From the NCBI RefSeq assembly GCF_018977255.1, contig NW_024704742.1:124808001-124872000 (forward strand): a stretch of DNA of 64,000 bases. The letters run 5' to 3'. The DNA is from Callorhinchus milii (taxonomy: Eukaryota). Below, piece by piece: positions 11,841 to 25,241 of this stretch (the stretch's first letter is position 1; each line of letters opens with the position of its first letter). Under the pieces are notes generated by a model. The model saw only the letters and a list, made by a program, of their open reading frames with translations. It ran no database searches and had not been told where the DNA came from. The position numbers and the translations under genes were made by a program.

Positions 11841-14800
11841 ACAAGGATTATTATCATAAACAGGAACCCTGCTAATTATGTCCTAATCCAGGGTGTTAAA
11901 ACCAATAATAATAATCGTTGCATTTGATTTAGCGACTTATCATAGCTTCAAGACGTCTCAAGGCGCTTCACAGAATATACTGTAAAGTGAATTGACTGTA
12001 TACTTTGTCGATAGGATCACTACTTTATCCCTGGCCAAGAACAGCTGACTCAGCACAAACCAAGGTTCAGATCTGGAACCTTTCTTTTATGTATAACTCA
12101 ATTCAGTTACACACAATTATTTAAAGTCTAATTTTGTTGTATACATATTGGGGAAAAAAAGGGAAGTATATCTTGATTCAGTATTCTTAAAGTATTAAAA
12201 TATTCTATTTTTTGGAACAAAAATTCTATGAAAAAATTTGCCAGTCAATTGAGTAAGAGAGGGGGAGTGGGACCAGCTGTTAGCTCTTTCAAAGAGCTAG
12301 CACAGGAATGATTGGCTGAATGGCCTCCTTCTGCACTGTATGATTCTATGATTCCATGAATCTATAAAAAGCTTTCTGCTGCTGCTGTGGTGGAGCCAGC
12401 AAAAACCACCAGCCTACATGCCACATATGCTGCATGCATATGAATATAACATGTCTTTGCCACAGAATTGGTGTCCAGATCTTGCAATCCTTTGCAAGTG
12501 CTGAAAGAGAATAATGAGCTCTCAGAAAAACTCACTGAACAATCCTTTAGTCCAGAGGATCTTAAATTTCAAGCTCTTAAACCTTTGGGGTGGACCAGAT
12601 GGACTGTGATGGTCTTTTCCAACCCTATACATTGCTATGTACAATGTAAATTCTGGATTTGTTTTATTTATGTGTCATTGGTCATAGCGCTGGATATAGA
12701 ACAAGCTAACTAATTCAGGATTCATGAATAGTGAGCTGTATTTGGAAACAAAGAGCACAATACTGCAAATTTTGTGGTAGAGCTAAATATATGTTGTGGC
12801 TTCATGTATTCAAGTCAGAATATGAGTGGATTATTTCCTCTGTTTTAGCATTGGTTTACAATTTTAGTTCTTTGCTTTTGCTATTTCCATGGGAAAAATT
12901 AACATTTCTGTGTGGGGTGCCCTAACAGAATTCAGAAATTGCTTCCAAATCCCATGTTATGATCATACTTTTCCTTGAGATCATAACTGTTCCTTCTGGA
13001 TTCTCCACTTGCTTTTTCTTTATTGTATGTTTTCCTGTTTCAAAAACAGCAAAACAATGGAGTCTCCAAAGCCCCTAAATAAAGTTGTTAGATCTGGCAC
13101 ATTGCTCAGGCACAATGTTCAGATTATTCCCTGTTGCTGCCTCTTATGCTGTTTGGCACTATGAATTTTCTGCCAAATGTGCAGGTGGATTCAAGCAAAA
13201 GTGGTGCTATGTGCAGCTACACTCTACAAATGCCAAATGCTCTTCCTGTCATTAATCACCTATAGTGTAAGTGATTCTGCAACAAGAGGTCATAAGATCA
13301 AGATTATTATGAAAACCATAAAGGTGGCAGAAGCTCTCCATTGCTTTCAAGAGAGTGGTCAGGCTAATACATAAGTTTGGTTCAATTGTTCCGAAGTCTT
13401 TCATGCCACAACAATTCAGATTCACTTTACAAATGGAATGAGTAGATATTGAAGTATGTTATGTATGTAACAAAACTCTTTATATTGTACACTGAATGTT
13501 TCACAATGAAGTATATTTTGAGTCACAGGAATGCATTGGAGTTCTTGCACTTTACAAAAGCTCTTGAAACATTTTTTGAGACATTTCAATGTTAGAGGTG
13601 CTATGTCAAATGCAAAGATTATCAGAAATGTCCAGAGCCTAAGTACCAGTGGTCTTAACACTGAAATAAGCCCTGAAAATCATTTAAAGTGATTTTCAGG
13701 ATTTACTGTAGGCAATAAGTCACTACAAAGAAAACAAAACTGTCTAGAGTTACAGCTTAGATGAAGGTTGCTTTTCATCCTTTGTACTTTCTCTGGAAAA
13801 AAATATCAAAACATTTTAGTGATTTCATTATGTTTATCTCTGCTTCATTGACAATTTTTTTATATGCATCATTTCCTGTTGAAAAATCCTCTTGAGCTGA
13901 TATCAGAGTTTTCTGGGACTCAGTACCTGGAAAGGGAATGAGCACTTAACTGAAGCAGATTGCTTTCTGAGATTTTCAAATAAAATTGCATTGGATTTAT
14001 ATTGAAATCTTCCAGCAATTCTCCAGATAAATTGATCAATCACTTCATGGCCATTTGTGGGACATTGGTGTGCTGCCGCATTTGCCTGCAAATACACAGT
14101 CACTCTGAGACGTTTTCCATGTCATAGCTGGTGTATCAAAAGTAAGGATTATTACTTGGAGTAAACATTGTAAGGATTGGTGGTCCTTATTTTATAAGAT
14201 TATTTCAGGTCAGAGATGTAATGTTTTTTCTGTATCTGAATCTGTTAAAGGAACAGAAATGTCAAGAGCCAAAGAACTTACCAGCAATTGCTTCACAGTC
14301 CACCAGGGTCACAGTCAGTTTTATTAATATCCTTGAGGAAAAGCTTAAGGAAGAAGTTAATGGACTACATTTTATGATATTGCCATGTTACGATGCGTTA
14401 ATTATAGATTATAGTCTAGTCAACACTTGTGATCACTTTAGCAACTCTGTGCTGTGATGTTTAACACATTGACTCATCCCCAGGTGTGCTAGAGGTGAAC
14501 CCCCTCTCCCCATCCTCTCTATACCCTGTTCAATGGTTGCATCCAAGAAATCAATTATGCATTGGGTATCTGGCTCACATTAGATTTAATGGGATAGTGG
14601 CTTAAGTCAGTGTAAAATTAGAATGAAGTTGCTATCCCAGTAACTGGCAATACCATCATCTGTGAACCAGAAGTCACATGGTGTTGCCAACCTCTTGGAT
14701 ATGACCATTAAGAAGGTGTCAAGATTTTTTTTCCTCTAATACATTTGGAACCAGTCAGTGCATTAAGTATCATAAAGTCATAAATTATTCACAGTTGTGC

Positions 14801-15164
14801 TACCGTATTTCTACCCTCACATTGTTTAGGATCCCGATCGCTTGTTGAGGGACGATCCAGGATTACATTCTTACTATTAACTATCAGGGTTCGGGCAGAT
14901 ACAGCATTGCCAGTTGTCAACAGATCATATGTTTAAGTCAAGAGTCCATCAGAAATAGGCAGGTGGGCTATTATTTGTAGGAAACAACTCACAAGGTTAT
15001 AGGTTCATCAGGAGTTCATAGTCTCGGCTCACCTCGGGCCAACTTCTTCCAACTCAATATTGGCAAGACAGAGGCCCTCCTGCTTGGCTCCCGGCAGTGT
15101 TTCCTCACCTCAGCCGCTGACACTATCACTATTCATGGCTGCACTTTTCACCTCATGAGCCAAT

Positions 15165-15810
15165 ATGAAACCTCGGTGTACTTTTCGACCCTCAGCTATG
15201 CTTTAGATCCCACATTTATGCCATGAGCCATTCCACCTTTTTCAATCTCAGCAACATTGCCCGCCTCCACCACTGCCTTTCACCTCAGGCCACTGAGACC
15301 CTGATCCATATTTTCATCATGTCCCAGCTTGACTACGCCAACTGCCTGCTCCCTGTACTTACCAACTGTTCTCTCCACAAGATGCAGATTATTCAGAACT
15401 CTGCAGCTCGTGTCCTCTCCCACACCAGGCTCCAGGAACTAATCATCCCCGTTCTTGTCCAGCTTCACTGGCTCCCCATCCCTCAGAGAATCGAGTACAA
15501 AACCCTTGTTTTCACCTTCAAAGCCCTCCACAGTCTTGCTCCCCACTACCTCTCCGACCTCCTAACCCCATACGAGCCTATCCGCTCCCTCCCCTCATCG
15601 GACTCTGGCCTGTTGCAGGTCCCCCTCAAGCCCTTCCTCTTCAACAGTGCCTTTGGCCTCCCTCCCAACCGCATCCCCGCTGCCCTCCAACTCTCCTGAC
15701 TCCAACTCCCAGCTCGGGTCCAAAAACCCCTGACTGTCCAGCACCCTGGGACATCTTTCCGACGTGAAGGGTGCTATACAAGTGTAATTTGTTGTTGCTG
15801 CTGTTGTTTT
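15165..15810 (+). mobile_element. Older L2 LINE 3' fragment with internal deletion
   Basis: ORF 15223-15699 has [27 protein letters not shown]; stem-loop and (TTG)n tail. Confidence 0.9.
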
Positions 15811-17059
15811 TAATGTCTTATTCGAAAGACAGCATTTTTGACAATGCAGCACTTCCCCAGCAATGAGATTAGATCAGCGGATTAGAGTGCCTCTTTAGAT
15901 TATGAAGTCCTTATGAGGCTTGAAATTACAACCTTGAACTCAGTGACTCGGAGATGAGAGTGCTATGAGCTGAGCCAGCTACACACCTTATTAATAATGA
16001 ATTTGAAGCATGTACTTTGTCCATGTTAAATACAAGGAGGATTAATTCACAAGTAATTCTTTGTGGATACAGATTTTGAATATAATACACTATTTTCTCC
16101 TTTCTTCACATTATACTGATTATACAGCTCCACCTTCAGCAGCCGTGCTTTCAGCCACTATGGTCCGAAGCAGTCTGTGATCTTTGAATGCAAATCAGTC
16201 TGCGATCTTTGGAAATAATAAAATACCTTAGGCAGCATTCTGAAAATGAGTTGAGACACTTCCAGTTCCATTTGAATCTGCGGGCAGTTTGGAAACTGAA
16301 CTTTGATGAGTGATTTGTAAAGTACGATCTTAGCAAGTGCACTGCTATGACATCACAACTGGGGTTATGGGGACAAAGAAAGTTGATCCCCAGTTTTTGT
16401 ACATCAAATTTGTAGAAAAGGAAGGGGCTTCATTACATGCTTCAGTTGGAATGTAAGCACTAGGAAAAAAATAGCTGTATTTCTGGGGAATTTGCACTCG
16501 GGTTAGATTAAGCTGTGTGGCTTCAGGGTGAGACAACTGAGGTTGTTGTCATTTGATTGACATTGTCGTACTGTATAAAGAATTGTTGGCAGATAATACT
16601 TACTAGCAGTCAGAGCTAAAGCATTAACAAACTAGATTACAGCAATAACTGAATTCCAACAATTCATGGATGAGACAAGTTGATAATTGCAGAAAAATCA
16701 TTCCAGTTCAGTCAAATTATGGGTCTAGAAAAGATAGAAAAGCTAATATACTCTTCCGGGAATACAACTATTTGGACTTGTGAGGACTGCTTGCAATTGA
16801 TCATGAGTTTGTAGGGATTATCACTTTCATCTTTTATGCAAAGATTTTAGTTCATGTAATTGAAGTCCCAAAGACCTCACCTCGCCAATTATCACATTTC
16901 TACACTGGTTCAAGACTTAATTGTGACTGTGAACTTTTCTGACAAATGAACATGCTGGCCTTTATCAGACAGAACTGGCAGGCTGCCAAAGCCATAAAAT
17001 GGCTCAGTGTATATTAAACCATGTGACCTAATCAAATAGGTTAAATTGCTGTACTATCT

Positions 17060-17560
17060 TCCTTTAGGGGAGATAAGCAGGTCTCCTTGGAGTTTGGCTC
17101 CAAAGTGACATGCTTAACATTCATATGTCTGAGTTGAGTCAATCCTCTGTGGCAGTCTCAGTTCCTGATCCAGGCAGGTCCACAGTACTCCAAGGTACTG
17201 TTGATAGCATCCCAGCTAACCTGGCTTGGAGGGCAGATTGATCACTGGCGCAGGGATTCTTCCCACTCATCTTCTATCAACCCTTAACCCTACAAGTTAA
17301 AACCTAATGGGTAGGGTGGTCCTAGTAGGACATTCTGTGGGAAGTTCAATGGCAAACTATGCAGTTTTAGAAACTCCAGCAGTAACCCAAAGTACATTCT
17401 GAGGTCCCCAAGCCTTGCCTCTTGCTAACTTGCACCTAATATGCTCCAGAATTAAGTAAGCAGGATGGTTTCCTCCAGAGCAAGAGTATACATTCCCATT
17501 TCAGAATGGAGTTGGACACTCTTAAGCATGGTGATAAGTTTCTGCATCTGAATGCCCGGA
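17060..17560 (-). repeat. Unclassified repeat family X, copy 2
   Basis: Reverse complement is collinear with 32331-32830 (tgcttaagag, agaggcaaggcttgg, tgctggagttt, gagactgccacagaggattgactc, tgcttatctcccc). Confidence 0.7.
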
Positions 17561-17964
17561 ATACTGCTAAAACGTGAAAGAAGTTCATTGAATTGAACTT
17601 CCTATCTTCCTACATGCATCCACAATGGGCTTAATTTGGTGATGGAAATTTCATGAAGCCAGGTACTGTCATTTCACTTCTAGATTTCACCTGCTGGTTA
17701 GCAGGGTCTTGATTGATAATTGCACCGATTGGCAATTGAAAGCTGGAAGTCCAATAACAGGGTCTGGCTTCAGAAATCTCCATTGAAAATGACATCAAGT
17801 GAGGAGGTCCACATACAGCTTGTCTTGGTATATTTGATGAAATAATTATTGAAGACATTGCAAAATTGTCAGTAAAAGAACTGACCACAGAAATATTTGG
17901 ACCACAGATGTTACACCCTAGACTGTTTCCTTTTGGTTAGCTGAGCTCTGACATAAGCAAGAAC

Positions 17965-18400
17965 CCATCACCATGCGTAAGAGTATCCAAACCACACCAA
18001 GAGTTCTGCATATGTAGGTCACTTAAGCATGGCAATGTCCCTGTGTCTGGAATGGAATGCACACTCTCTCCCTGCTAAACAAGCGCTCCGAGATGTTAGC
18101 CCCTTGAAGAGTGCTGCATAAATGCAAGTTATTGTTGTTGTAATTCTGGAGAGCATAAAATATAGGTTGGTGAGATCCAAAACTTGGAGATCCCACAGTG
18201 TGCCTTGAGGTACTGTGAAGTTTCAGTAGCTAAAAACATACAGCTTTATAGATTGACATTGATAACACTGTCTGGCAAACTTCACATCGCTTGCCCAGTG
18301 AGGAACATTGGGGCTTTGGCTTGCATGGTTAACAAGACTGATGGAAAGAGTCCCTGCCCCAGTGCCTGGTCTGGCCTGACAAGCCCTGCCAAAAGGCTAG
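17965..18400 (+). repeat. Unclassified repeat family X, copy 3, interrupted by a short L2 tail at about 18081-18141
   Basis: ccatgcgtaagagtatccaaaccac and tctggaatggaatgcacactctctccc match copies 1 and 4. Confidence 0.6.
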
Positions 18401-18760
18401 GACTATGGAATACTACGGAGCCACCTGGTTCAGAAAGCAGACTACTGACAGCACCCAAAGGTTTGACTTGATCCTAAAATTCCATAGCTGAGCACATCAC
18501 CCTGAAGCCAGCTCAACCCCAAGGAGATTTCACATAACTCTTCCCACGAGGAGGATTGTTATGAGACTCTGAAGCTGCTGCAACCAAATACCAATATAAA
18601 CCATCAGGCATGTCATATGCTATCTATCCCAATACTAAATGCTTTCAGAACTTAATGGTGCTATGCTGTAATTAGGAAGTGTGGACCAATCTGCACAGAC
18701 AGATAAAAAAATGTGTATTATTTTTTTTTGGTTGGTTTTAGCAAGTTAGGTGAAGTCTAC

Positions 18761-18986
18761 AAAAAATGCAATATACTGCAGATGCTGGAAATCTGAAAGG
18801 CAAACAGCAGGTCCAGCAGCATCTATAGAGAAAGGAAAGCGATTCAACTTTTCGGGTCCACGACCCTTCCATGATCCTTCTGACAAAGTGTCGTGGAACC
18901 AAATCGTTGATGCTGCCTGATGTTTCCTTTCTCCATAGATGCTGCCTGACTTGCTGAGTGTTCCCAGCGACTTCTGTTTTTGTTTT
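18761..18986. mobile_element. Palindromic non-autonomous element, probably derived from Penelope-like termini
   Basis: Inverted arms 18805-18838 / 18923-18956 and 18844-18870 / 18881-18910. A second partial copy lies at 61168-61253. Confidence 0.7.
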
Positions 18987-19296
18987 AGCTGAAGTCTACT
19001 TTGTGTTTCAGTTACAAAATAACAACAGTAGTGAAGACTGATCCCCACGACAATAAGGTCCTGTTGGCTTTTAGTGGGGGAGTAGAATTTCCCATTTCCA
19101 GCTGGAGGCAAAGCTCTGACATCCCCTGAAAAAATCATAGAAATAATTCCCAGCATTTGGATCAAATAACCATTGTCCTTTGGGATCTGAGTTCTGTGCT
19201 TAGGGGAAACAAAGTAATTCTCCAGAGACAGTTCGGGCCCCTGAGCTATTTGGCTCATTTAAAGGATCAAAAGATTCCTATAACCTTTCAAATCTT

Positions 19297-19560
19297 GTCA
19301 GCCTGGTTCAGTTGAGAGCATTTATGCCTCTGAGTTAGAAGGCTGTGGGTTCATGTCCCAAATTAGGACTTTAAACTCACAGACTAGGCTGACACTCCAT
19401 TCCAGTGCAATGCTGGGCCATTCTTTGGATGAGACATTAAACCGAGGTCATGCCTGTCTGTTCAGTTGAATGTTAAAGATCCACTGAAAAAAAGAAAGGG
19501 AACTTTCCCTGGTGCCCTAGCAAACAATCCCCCAGAAAAAAATGGTCATTCACTTCACCC
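19297..19560 (+). mobile_element. Old Deu-domain SINE
   Basis: Head gtcagcctggttcagttg...gcctctgagttagaaggctgtgggttc; Deu core ggatgagacattaaaccgaggtc...gttaaagatcc. Confidence 0.8.
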
Positions 19561-19874
19561 ATTCCTTTTGTAAACAGTAATTGTTTTACTGAGAATCTAA
19601 AGAGAGGAATGGAAATTAAGATAATTGCAGAAAGCATACCTGATTATTAATTTTTTTTCAGAAATAATATCTTGGGATTGATTATATAGTTTGGGACATG
19701 ACATGTGCATGCGACTGCCAGGATGGTGGAAGGCGAATTAGATGGACCTTGGTCTTCTTTTGTCTAGCAATTGTTATGTTCTTGTGTAGTTGATAGAGCA
19801 AAATAAATGTACAATATTAGTTAGAAATAATAGGTGGGAGGGGGATTGCGAACTTGTAATGTGTTAACCATTGT

Positions 19875-20245
19875 GTGTCTGCTTGGCTCAATTGGTAGTT
19901 ACTCTCATCTCCGAGTTGGGTCGTAGCTCACAAGCTGACAGTCCATTGAAGTGCTGGGGGGAGCATGCTTTGTCAGGGGTGCCTTCCTTTGGATGACTAC
20001 CTTCCTTTGGCAGATCCCATCTGCCTGTTTATGGCACTTTTTGAACTGAAAAGAGAGTTTCTCCCAGTGTCCTCGCCAACAATCATTTACTTCACGGCTC
20101 TTTGTGGGACACGGATATTGCTATGTGCAAATCAGCTGTTGTGACAGCCCAGAACAATCACATTTTACAGGATATCCTGCAAGATGCTTTGGGACGTCTC
20201 GAAGATGTGATAAGACTCTATAACAAATGCACAGATTATTATTCT
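19875..20245 (+). mobile_element. Old Deu-domain SINE, near full length, degenerate
   Basis: Head, gtgtcctcgccaacaatc, ctttgtgggacac, stem-loop and gattattatt tail. Confidence 0.75.
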
Positions 20246-20504
20246 TATAACCCTTGACTACACTTTACTCATGTCAGATGAAATTAATTGTTTAGCAGAA
20301 GTTGGGAAATTTCTTGTTCATTTCTGTGAAACAAATCCGGGAAAACACTTCCTTGAAATTTTTGCAATTTTGAAAGTCTCTCAGAAATGCAATCAGGTTG
20401 GAAAACAACATCAGTCAACGTTTAGGAATAATTTGTTTCCCATCCTTCAGTAAACAGTAACTCCCTGCGTGACTTCATTTCCATGCTCCAGCTTTTTAAT
20501 TACT

Positions 20505-20817
20505 GGAGTCCTGTAGCTCAATGGTTAAAACACTTGTCTCGCAAGTGAGAGACCTGGGCTCGATTCACGGTAAGGGCGAAACATTGGGCAAGTATCCTTA
20601 CTCCACACACCTATGCTTACCTAGCAGTAAGTAGGAACCTGCTTGTTAGTCGATTGGCGGATCTCTTTCCCGTAGGTAAACAAAACAAAAATAAATTTAA
20701 AAATAATAATAATTTGATCATTCAATCCACTACTGTTTGTGGGACATTGCTGTGCGCAATTGGCTGCTGCATTTCACCCACAAAATATACAGCATATCAA
20801 TGCAAGTATTATTATTA
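20505..20817 (+). mobile_element. tRNA-Ala-headed SINE, long subfamily
   Basis: ggagtcctgtagctcaatggttaaaacac...ttgggcaagtatccttactccacac...ctagcagtaagtaggaacc. Confidence 0.9.
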
Positions 20818-21455
20818 CTGGAATCAGGTCTAGTACAGTTTCTATTGTATCCCCTTCCCTTCCTCTCCTCCCTGTAAACTTCTCTATTATTTTCCAGGTT
20901 GACAAATGACATTTTATCCATCTATGACCAGGGCTCCCTCTGTCGACTCGTCCTCCTTTACCTCTCTGCTGCCTTCGACACTGTCGACCACTCTATTCTC
21001 CTCCACCGCCTATTGTCTCACCTCAACCTTCATGGTCCTGTCTTTGACTGGTTCAGATCCTACCTTTCACACCATCTCCACTTTGTCTCCACAAACGGCT
21101 TCTCCTCCAACCCCTGCACCATCTTGTACGGTGTTCCTCAGGGCTCCGTCTTTGTTCCTCTCCTCTACAACATCTACATGCTCCCTCTTGGTGACATCAT
21201 CCGCAGACATGGGGTCAACTTCCACATGTATACGCATGACACCTAATTCTATCTCTCTGCCTCCACCCTCGACTCCAGGACTACTGCTGTCCTAACAGAA
21301 TGTCTGTCAGACATCAAGTCCTGAATAAGAGCAAACTTTCTACAGTTGAACATCAATAAACCAAGGCTCCCTCCCTTGCCTCCTTCAAGGCATGTCTCAA
21401 GAACCTGCTCTTTGACCGTGCCTTATGCCACTCTTCTACTCCTACCCTCCCTTGT

Positions 21456-21853
21456 GGAGTCCCGTAGCTCAGTGATTAGAGCACTCGTCTTGCAAGCGAG
21501 ACACCTGGGTTCAATTCCAGGCAGGGTGAAAGCTTGGGCAAGTTTCCTTACTCCACACAGTGCCTAATAATAATCCCTCCAAAACAAAACAAAAATAAAT
21601 TGGTAATTTTCAATCCATGATTGTTTGTGGAACACTGCTGTGTGTTCCACAAACAATCATGGATTGACTGCCGCGTTTCACCCATAAATATACGATCAAT
21701 TCACTTTACAGTATATTCTGTGAAGCGCTTTGAGATGTCTAGAAGATGTGAAAAATGCTACATCAAATGCAAGGATTATTATTATTATTAATACTATTAT
21801 TATTGTTATTATTATTATTATTACTATTATTATTATTATTATTATTATTATTA
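21456..21853 (+). mobile_element. Young tRNA-Ala-headed SINE with an internal inverted duplication and an expanded (TTA)n tail
   Basis: Full head and body; palindrome at 21610-21667; (TTA)n at 21775-21853. Confidence 0.95.
21775..21853. repeat. (TTA)n microsatellite grown from a SINE tail
   Basis: About 26 imperfect triplets directly after aaatgcaagga. Confidence 0.95.
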
Positions 21854-22519
21854 TCCCAACCACCAGCTCGGGTCCAAATCCTTGACTGACCAGTGTCTTC
21901 GGATGTCCTCCTATACAAATGTAATTTGTTGTTGTTCTTGTTGGTTTCCTCTTTAAAGAGAGGACTGGACAATCAAATAAATATTTCAGTTCATTATGCA
22001 ATTATTTCTACATTGAGTTTATTTGAGTTCAAAACAAAACCACTTTTTTTTATTTTGTATTATTTTGTGGAGAATTATTAAGTGCAGTGGAATGTCAGAA
22101 TTCTCCTTTGTTTGGCACATTGGACAATGTCATGCTGTTCTTTATAAAATGGTCCAGGATAATGTTCCCCCTGTGTTGCCTAAATAGGGTGAACTTTTGT
22201 TTCCTTATAGCCTCTCTGAGAGAGATTACAAAGATCACACAATCATGAGAGGTTTGGAAGAAGTTGCTTTGGACTGTTGATCTCATCCTTCCAAAACACC
22301 CACGTTACCATCTTTTTACGACAACAGCTAACTATTACTTAACCACCCTTCTTGATAACCTGTTCCAGATTGTTTTCCATTTATCATTACCTTCTGCTAC
22401 GTAATATTGTTCAGCCAGTTTTGAATCCAGCTAGTTAATTTCATAAGCTTTCGACAGATCACAAGAGAGCTTCCGATGAAGAAAGGCCTTTTATCTAATC
22501 CTTCCACAATATCCACCTT

Positions 22520-22640
22520 ACAACAAGATTTCATTTATAGAGCGCCTTTCACGTCAGGAGGACGTCCCAAGGTGCTGGACAGTTGGGTCAGGACCCGAGC
22601 ACGGGGGAAATGGTCAGGGTGAAGGGAGGGAAGGGAGGGT
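22520..22640 (-). mobile_element. Short 3' end of the young L2 subfamily, inserted among CR1/SINE remnants
   Basis: caacaagatttcatttatagagcgcctttcacgtcaggaggacgtcccaagg plus one G-rich UTR unit, matching 38032-38170. Confidence 0.85.
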
Positions 22641-22776
22641 TAGCATAGACCCATTTCTTAAATGAGTTTTGTTTCCTTCTTTTATTCACCATTCCTGGTA
22701 ACCTACAAAATACATAGTCACTTCAAAATAAGTCCTGGAATGTTCTTTGAGATTTCCTTCAGATGTGAAAGAAAGA

Positions 22777-23055
22777 TGTCAGCTTGGGTCAGTTGGTAGC
22801 ACTCAAACCTTGGTATCAGATGTCTATGAGTGCCTACCCTACATCAGGAATTTGTGTTCACACAATCTGTGATACCCCATTGCAGAGCTGGGAGTGTGTT
22901 GTGTTGTCAGAAGTGCCATGTTTTGGATGAGAGGTTAAACAAGGCCTCTTTATCTGTTCAGGTAGATGTTAGAGATCCCATGACACAATTCGAAAAGAGA
23001 AGGGAGTTTCTCCTGGTGTTCTGACCAAAAACGGTCATTAATTTCATGACTGTTT
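22777..23055 (+). mobile_element. Old Deu-domain SINE
   Basis: tgtcagcttgggtcagttggtagcactc head; ggatgagaggttaaac, gttagagatcccatgacac. Confidence 0.8.
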
Positions 23056-23269
23056 TTTAGGACCTGAAAATATTCTGGATTTATGTTCTTTATCCCATTA
23101 AATATCTTATATATCTCTTTAATGTTCCCTCTCAAAAACTCTGAAGATCTTCAGCTTATCACATAGTTTCCTGATCAACCCAGACATGATGGGAATAAAC
23201 AACATGTTTCTGTGTTATAACATTCTATGATTCATTCAATTATATAAAGACATTTATTCTTATAGTTCA

Positions 23270-23437
23270 TCCCTCTACCACCAAAATTATGGTCAGGTTT
23301 ATCCCATGCACTTGTGAATGCTAAGAACTGGACTGAGTTAACGGAAAAGATATTTGTTTCATCGGTCTGGACTGGATTCAAACCCAGAGGCTAGATGAGA
23401 AATGTCAATGCGCTCATTGAACGTACCACCCATTCCC
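23270..23437 (-). mobile_element. Possible third, ancient tRNA-derived SINE head
   Basis: Minus strand gggaatgggtgg...tttctcatctagcctctgggtttgaatccagtccagacc has a B-box-like motif and differs from the other two SINE heads. Confidence 0.35.
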
Positions 23438-24304
23438 GTACAATAAATAAAATACAATACAGGAAAAGCTTTAACCACATAAGGTTCTTGTTACTTGTGC
23501 CCAAATGAGTACCACATTCCATTCTGGGATGTAGAAGCCGCAGAATCACAGACTCTGGTTTTCAAGATCCACCACGCAGAAACGGGAGAATTCACTGCCA
23601 CACCCTGTTGTGGCTTTCAGTATAGTTGTCTTTAACGTTTTTCCGAATATTGTCAAAGTCCAATTGAAGGCTGTGTACACAATCCCATGGTGTGCTTTGT
23701 GAATGTTAAGTGTTCCGAGACACTGCCCCGCCTGAAGGGTGCTATATAAATGCATTTGTCTTTGGCCAATTAGAAGTACCAACCCAGGTGCCGTGACCTA
23801 TTTTATTTACACGAACAAAAAATCCCTTCTCCCTGAGTTAAGACAAGAGATGGTTTGCTCTGACCTCCAGCATTAATTTTAGCTTTCAGTTGGAGAGGCT
23901 TCAACTGCATTCTTCTTTAACCAGAGTCAATTAACCCGGTATGATAAATGCTCCAGATTTAGAAGGAGAAAACTCAATATCAGAAGGTCTACGCAAGTCA
24001 ATATTACTAAAAGCCCAATCATATTGCACTAAAGATGGATTCCTAGAGTTGTAAATAGTTTTACTATTTACTATGGTCACCTTCTATGCTGTAATATTCT
24101 ATGACTCTATGATTCTATGATTTTGGTACAGTTTTACTTCAAGGAGAGGTGCAATCAGTTATGTTATAAATTATAGGTTTTTACATATAATCAATTAAGT
24201 ATTTAGAGGAACTTTTAAGAATTTTAACTGCATCATTTAGGTAAAATAATGGTAGATTTTGTTTACAGCCTTTGTTTAAGTTGACCATGAGGGATGACCG
24301 TATT

Positions 24305-24500
24305 TATAATAATAATAAATAATAATAATCCTTACATTTGATATAGCACTTTTCACGTCTTCTAGACATCTCAAAGTGCTTCACAGAATATACTGTAAAG
24401 TGAATTGACTGTATATTTGTCAGCGAAACAAGGCAGCCAATTGCGCACAGCGGTGTCCCACAAACAGACGTGGATTGAAGCGACCAATTTATTATTGTTT
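24305..24500 (-). mobile_element. Young SINE 3' half
   Basis: (TTA)n tail, stem-loop and body gcagccaattgcgcacagc. Confidence 0.9.
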
Positions 24501-24994
24501 TTTTTCTTGAGAGTTTATATTTGGAGGGTTTACTGTATGAAATATGCTGACAGGCCATCCTGTACTGGCTGTCTGGTTTGGGTCAAGGATGAAAAACAGT
24601 CTGTTCAAAACCTTGGGCAGACAAAGGGAGTGCAGAATATGGTTCATGATTAAGGATGTTCTCAAGTGAGCTGTAATGCATAATTAGGAAACCAACATGC
24701 TATAATTAGGATTGCTTATGCTGAAAACGAGGCAGTAGTATTATGGGATTAAGAGTCAAATGGCGCGACTTGCCTAGCTATGTCCTCTACTGTCCAGGGT
24801 TGGACAACTGGGTAATATGATTCTGTTTTCTTTGACTCTGTAATTATTGTTTGAAATTGATTCTGTTTATATCGAATAAACTTGTTGCACCCATTTAGGA
24901 TTGTCAGGTTATTGAATTTCCAACAGTTATATAAACTCTCTGAAGTCTCAATGCACAATCATAGTCATTTAAATGTCATCTCATGTTCATCATA

Positions 24995-25210
24995 ATAATA
25001 ATGATAATAATCCCTCCAAAAAACAAAACAATAATAAATTGGTCATTTTCAATCCACGACTGTTTGTGGGACACTGCTGTGCGCAATTGGCTGCCGCGTT
25101 TTGCCCACAAATATACGGTCAATTCACTTTACAGTATATTCTGTGAAGCGCTTTCAGACATGGAGAAGACATGAAAAAACACTATATCAAATGCAAGGAT
25201 TATTATTATG
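24995..25210 (+). mobile_element. Young SINE 3' two-thirds
   Basis: aatccctcc...tcaatccacgactgtttgtgggacactgctgtgcgcaattggctgccgcg...atcaaatgcaaggattatt. Confidence 0.9.
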
Positions 25211-25241
25211 TTATATTATAATGATAATCCTTGCAAATGAT

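Larger units (their letters stand above)
20897..21945 (+). mobile_element. L2 LINE fragment: RT core, large internal deletion, 3' UTR split by a SINE
   Basis: ORF 20899-21246 has [20 protein letters not shown]. The 3' end resumes at 21854 (ccagctcgggtcc...ttgttgttg). Confidence 0.9.

Noticed and set aside
21696..22001. Poly-Ile and poly-Asn ORFs
   Set aside because: Translations of the (TTA)n SINE tail.
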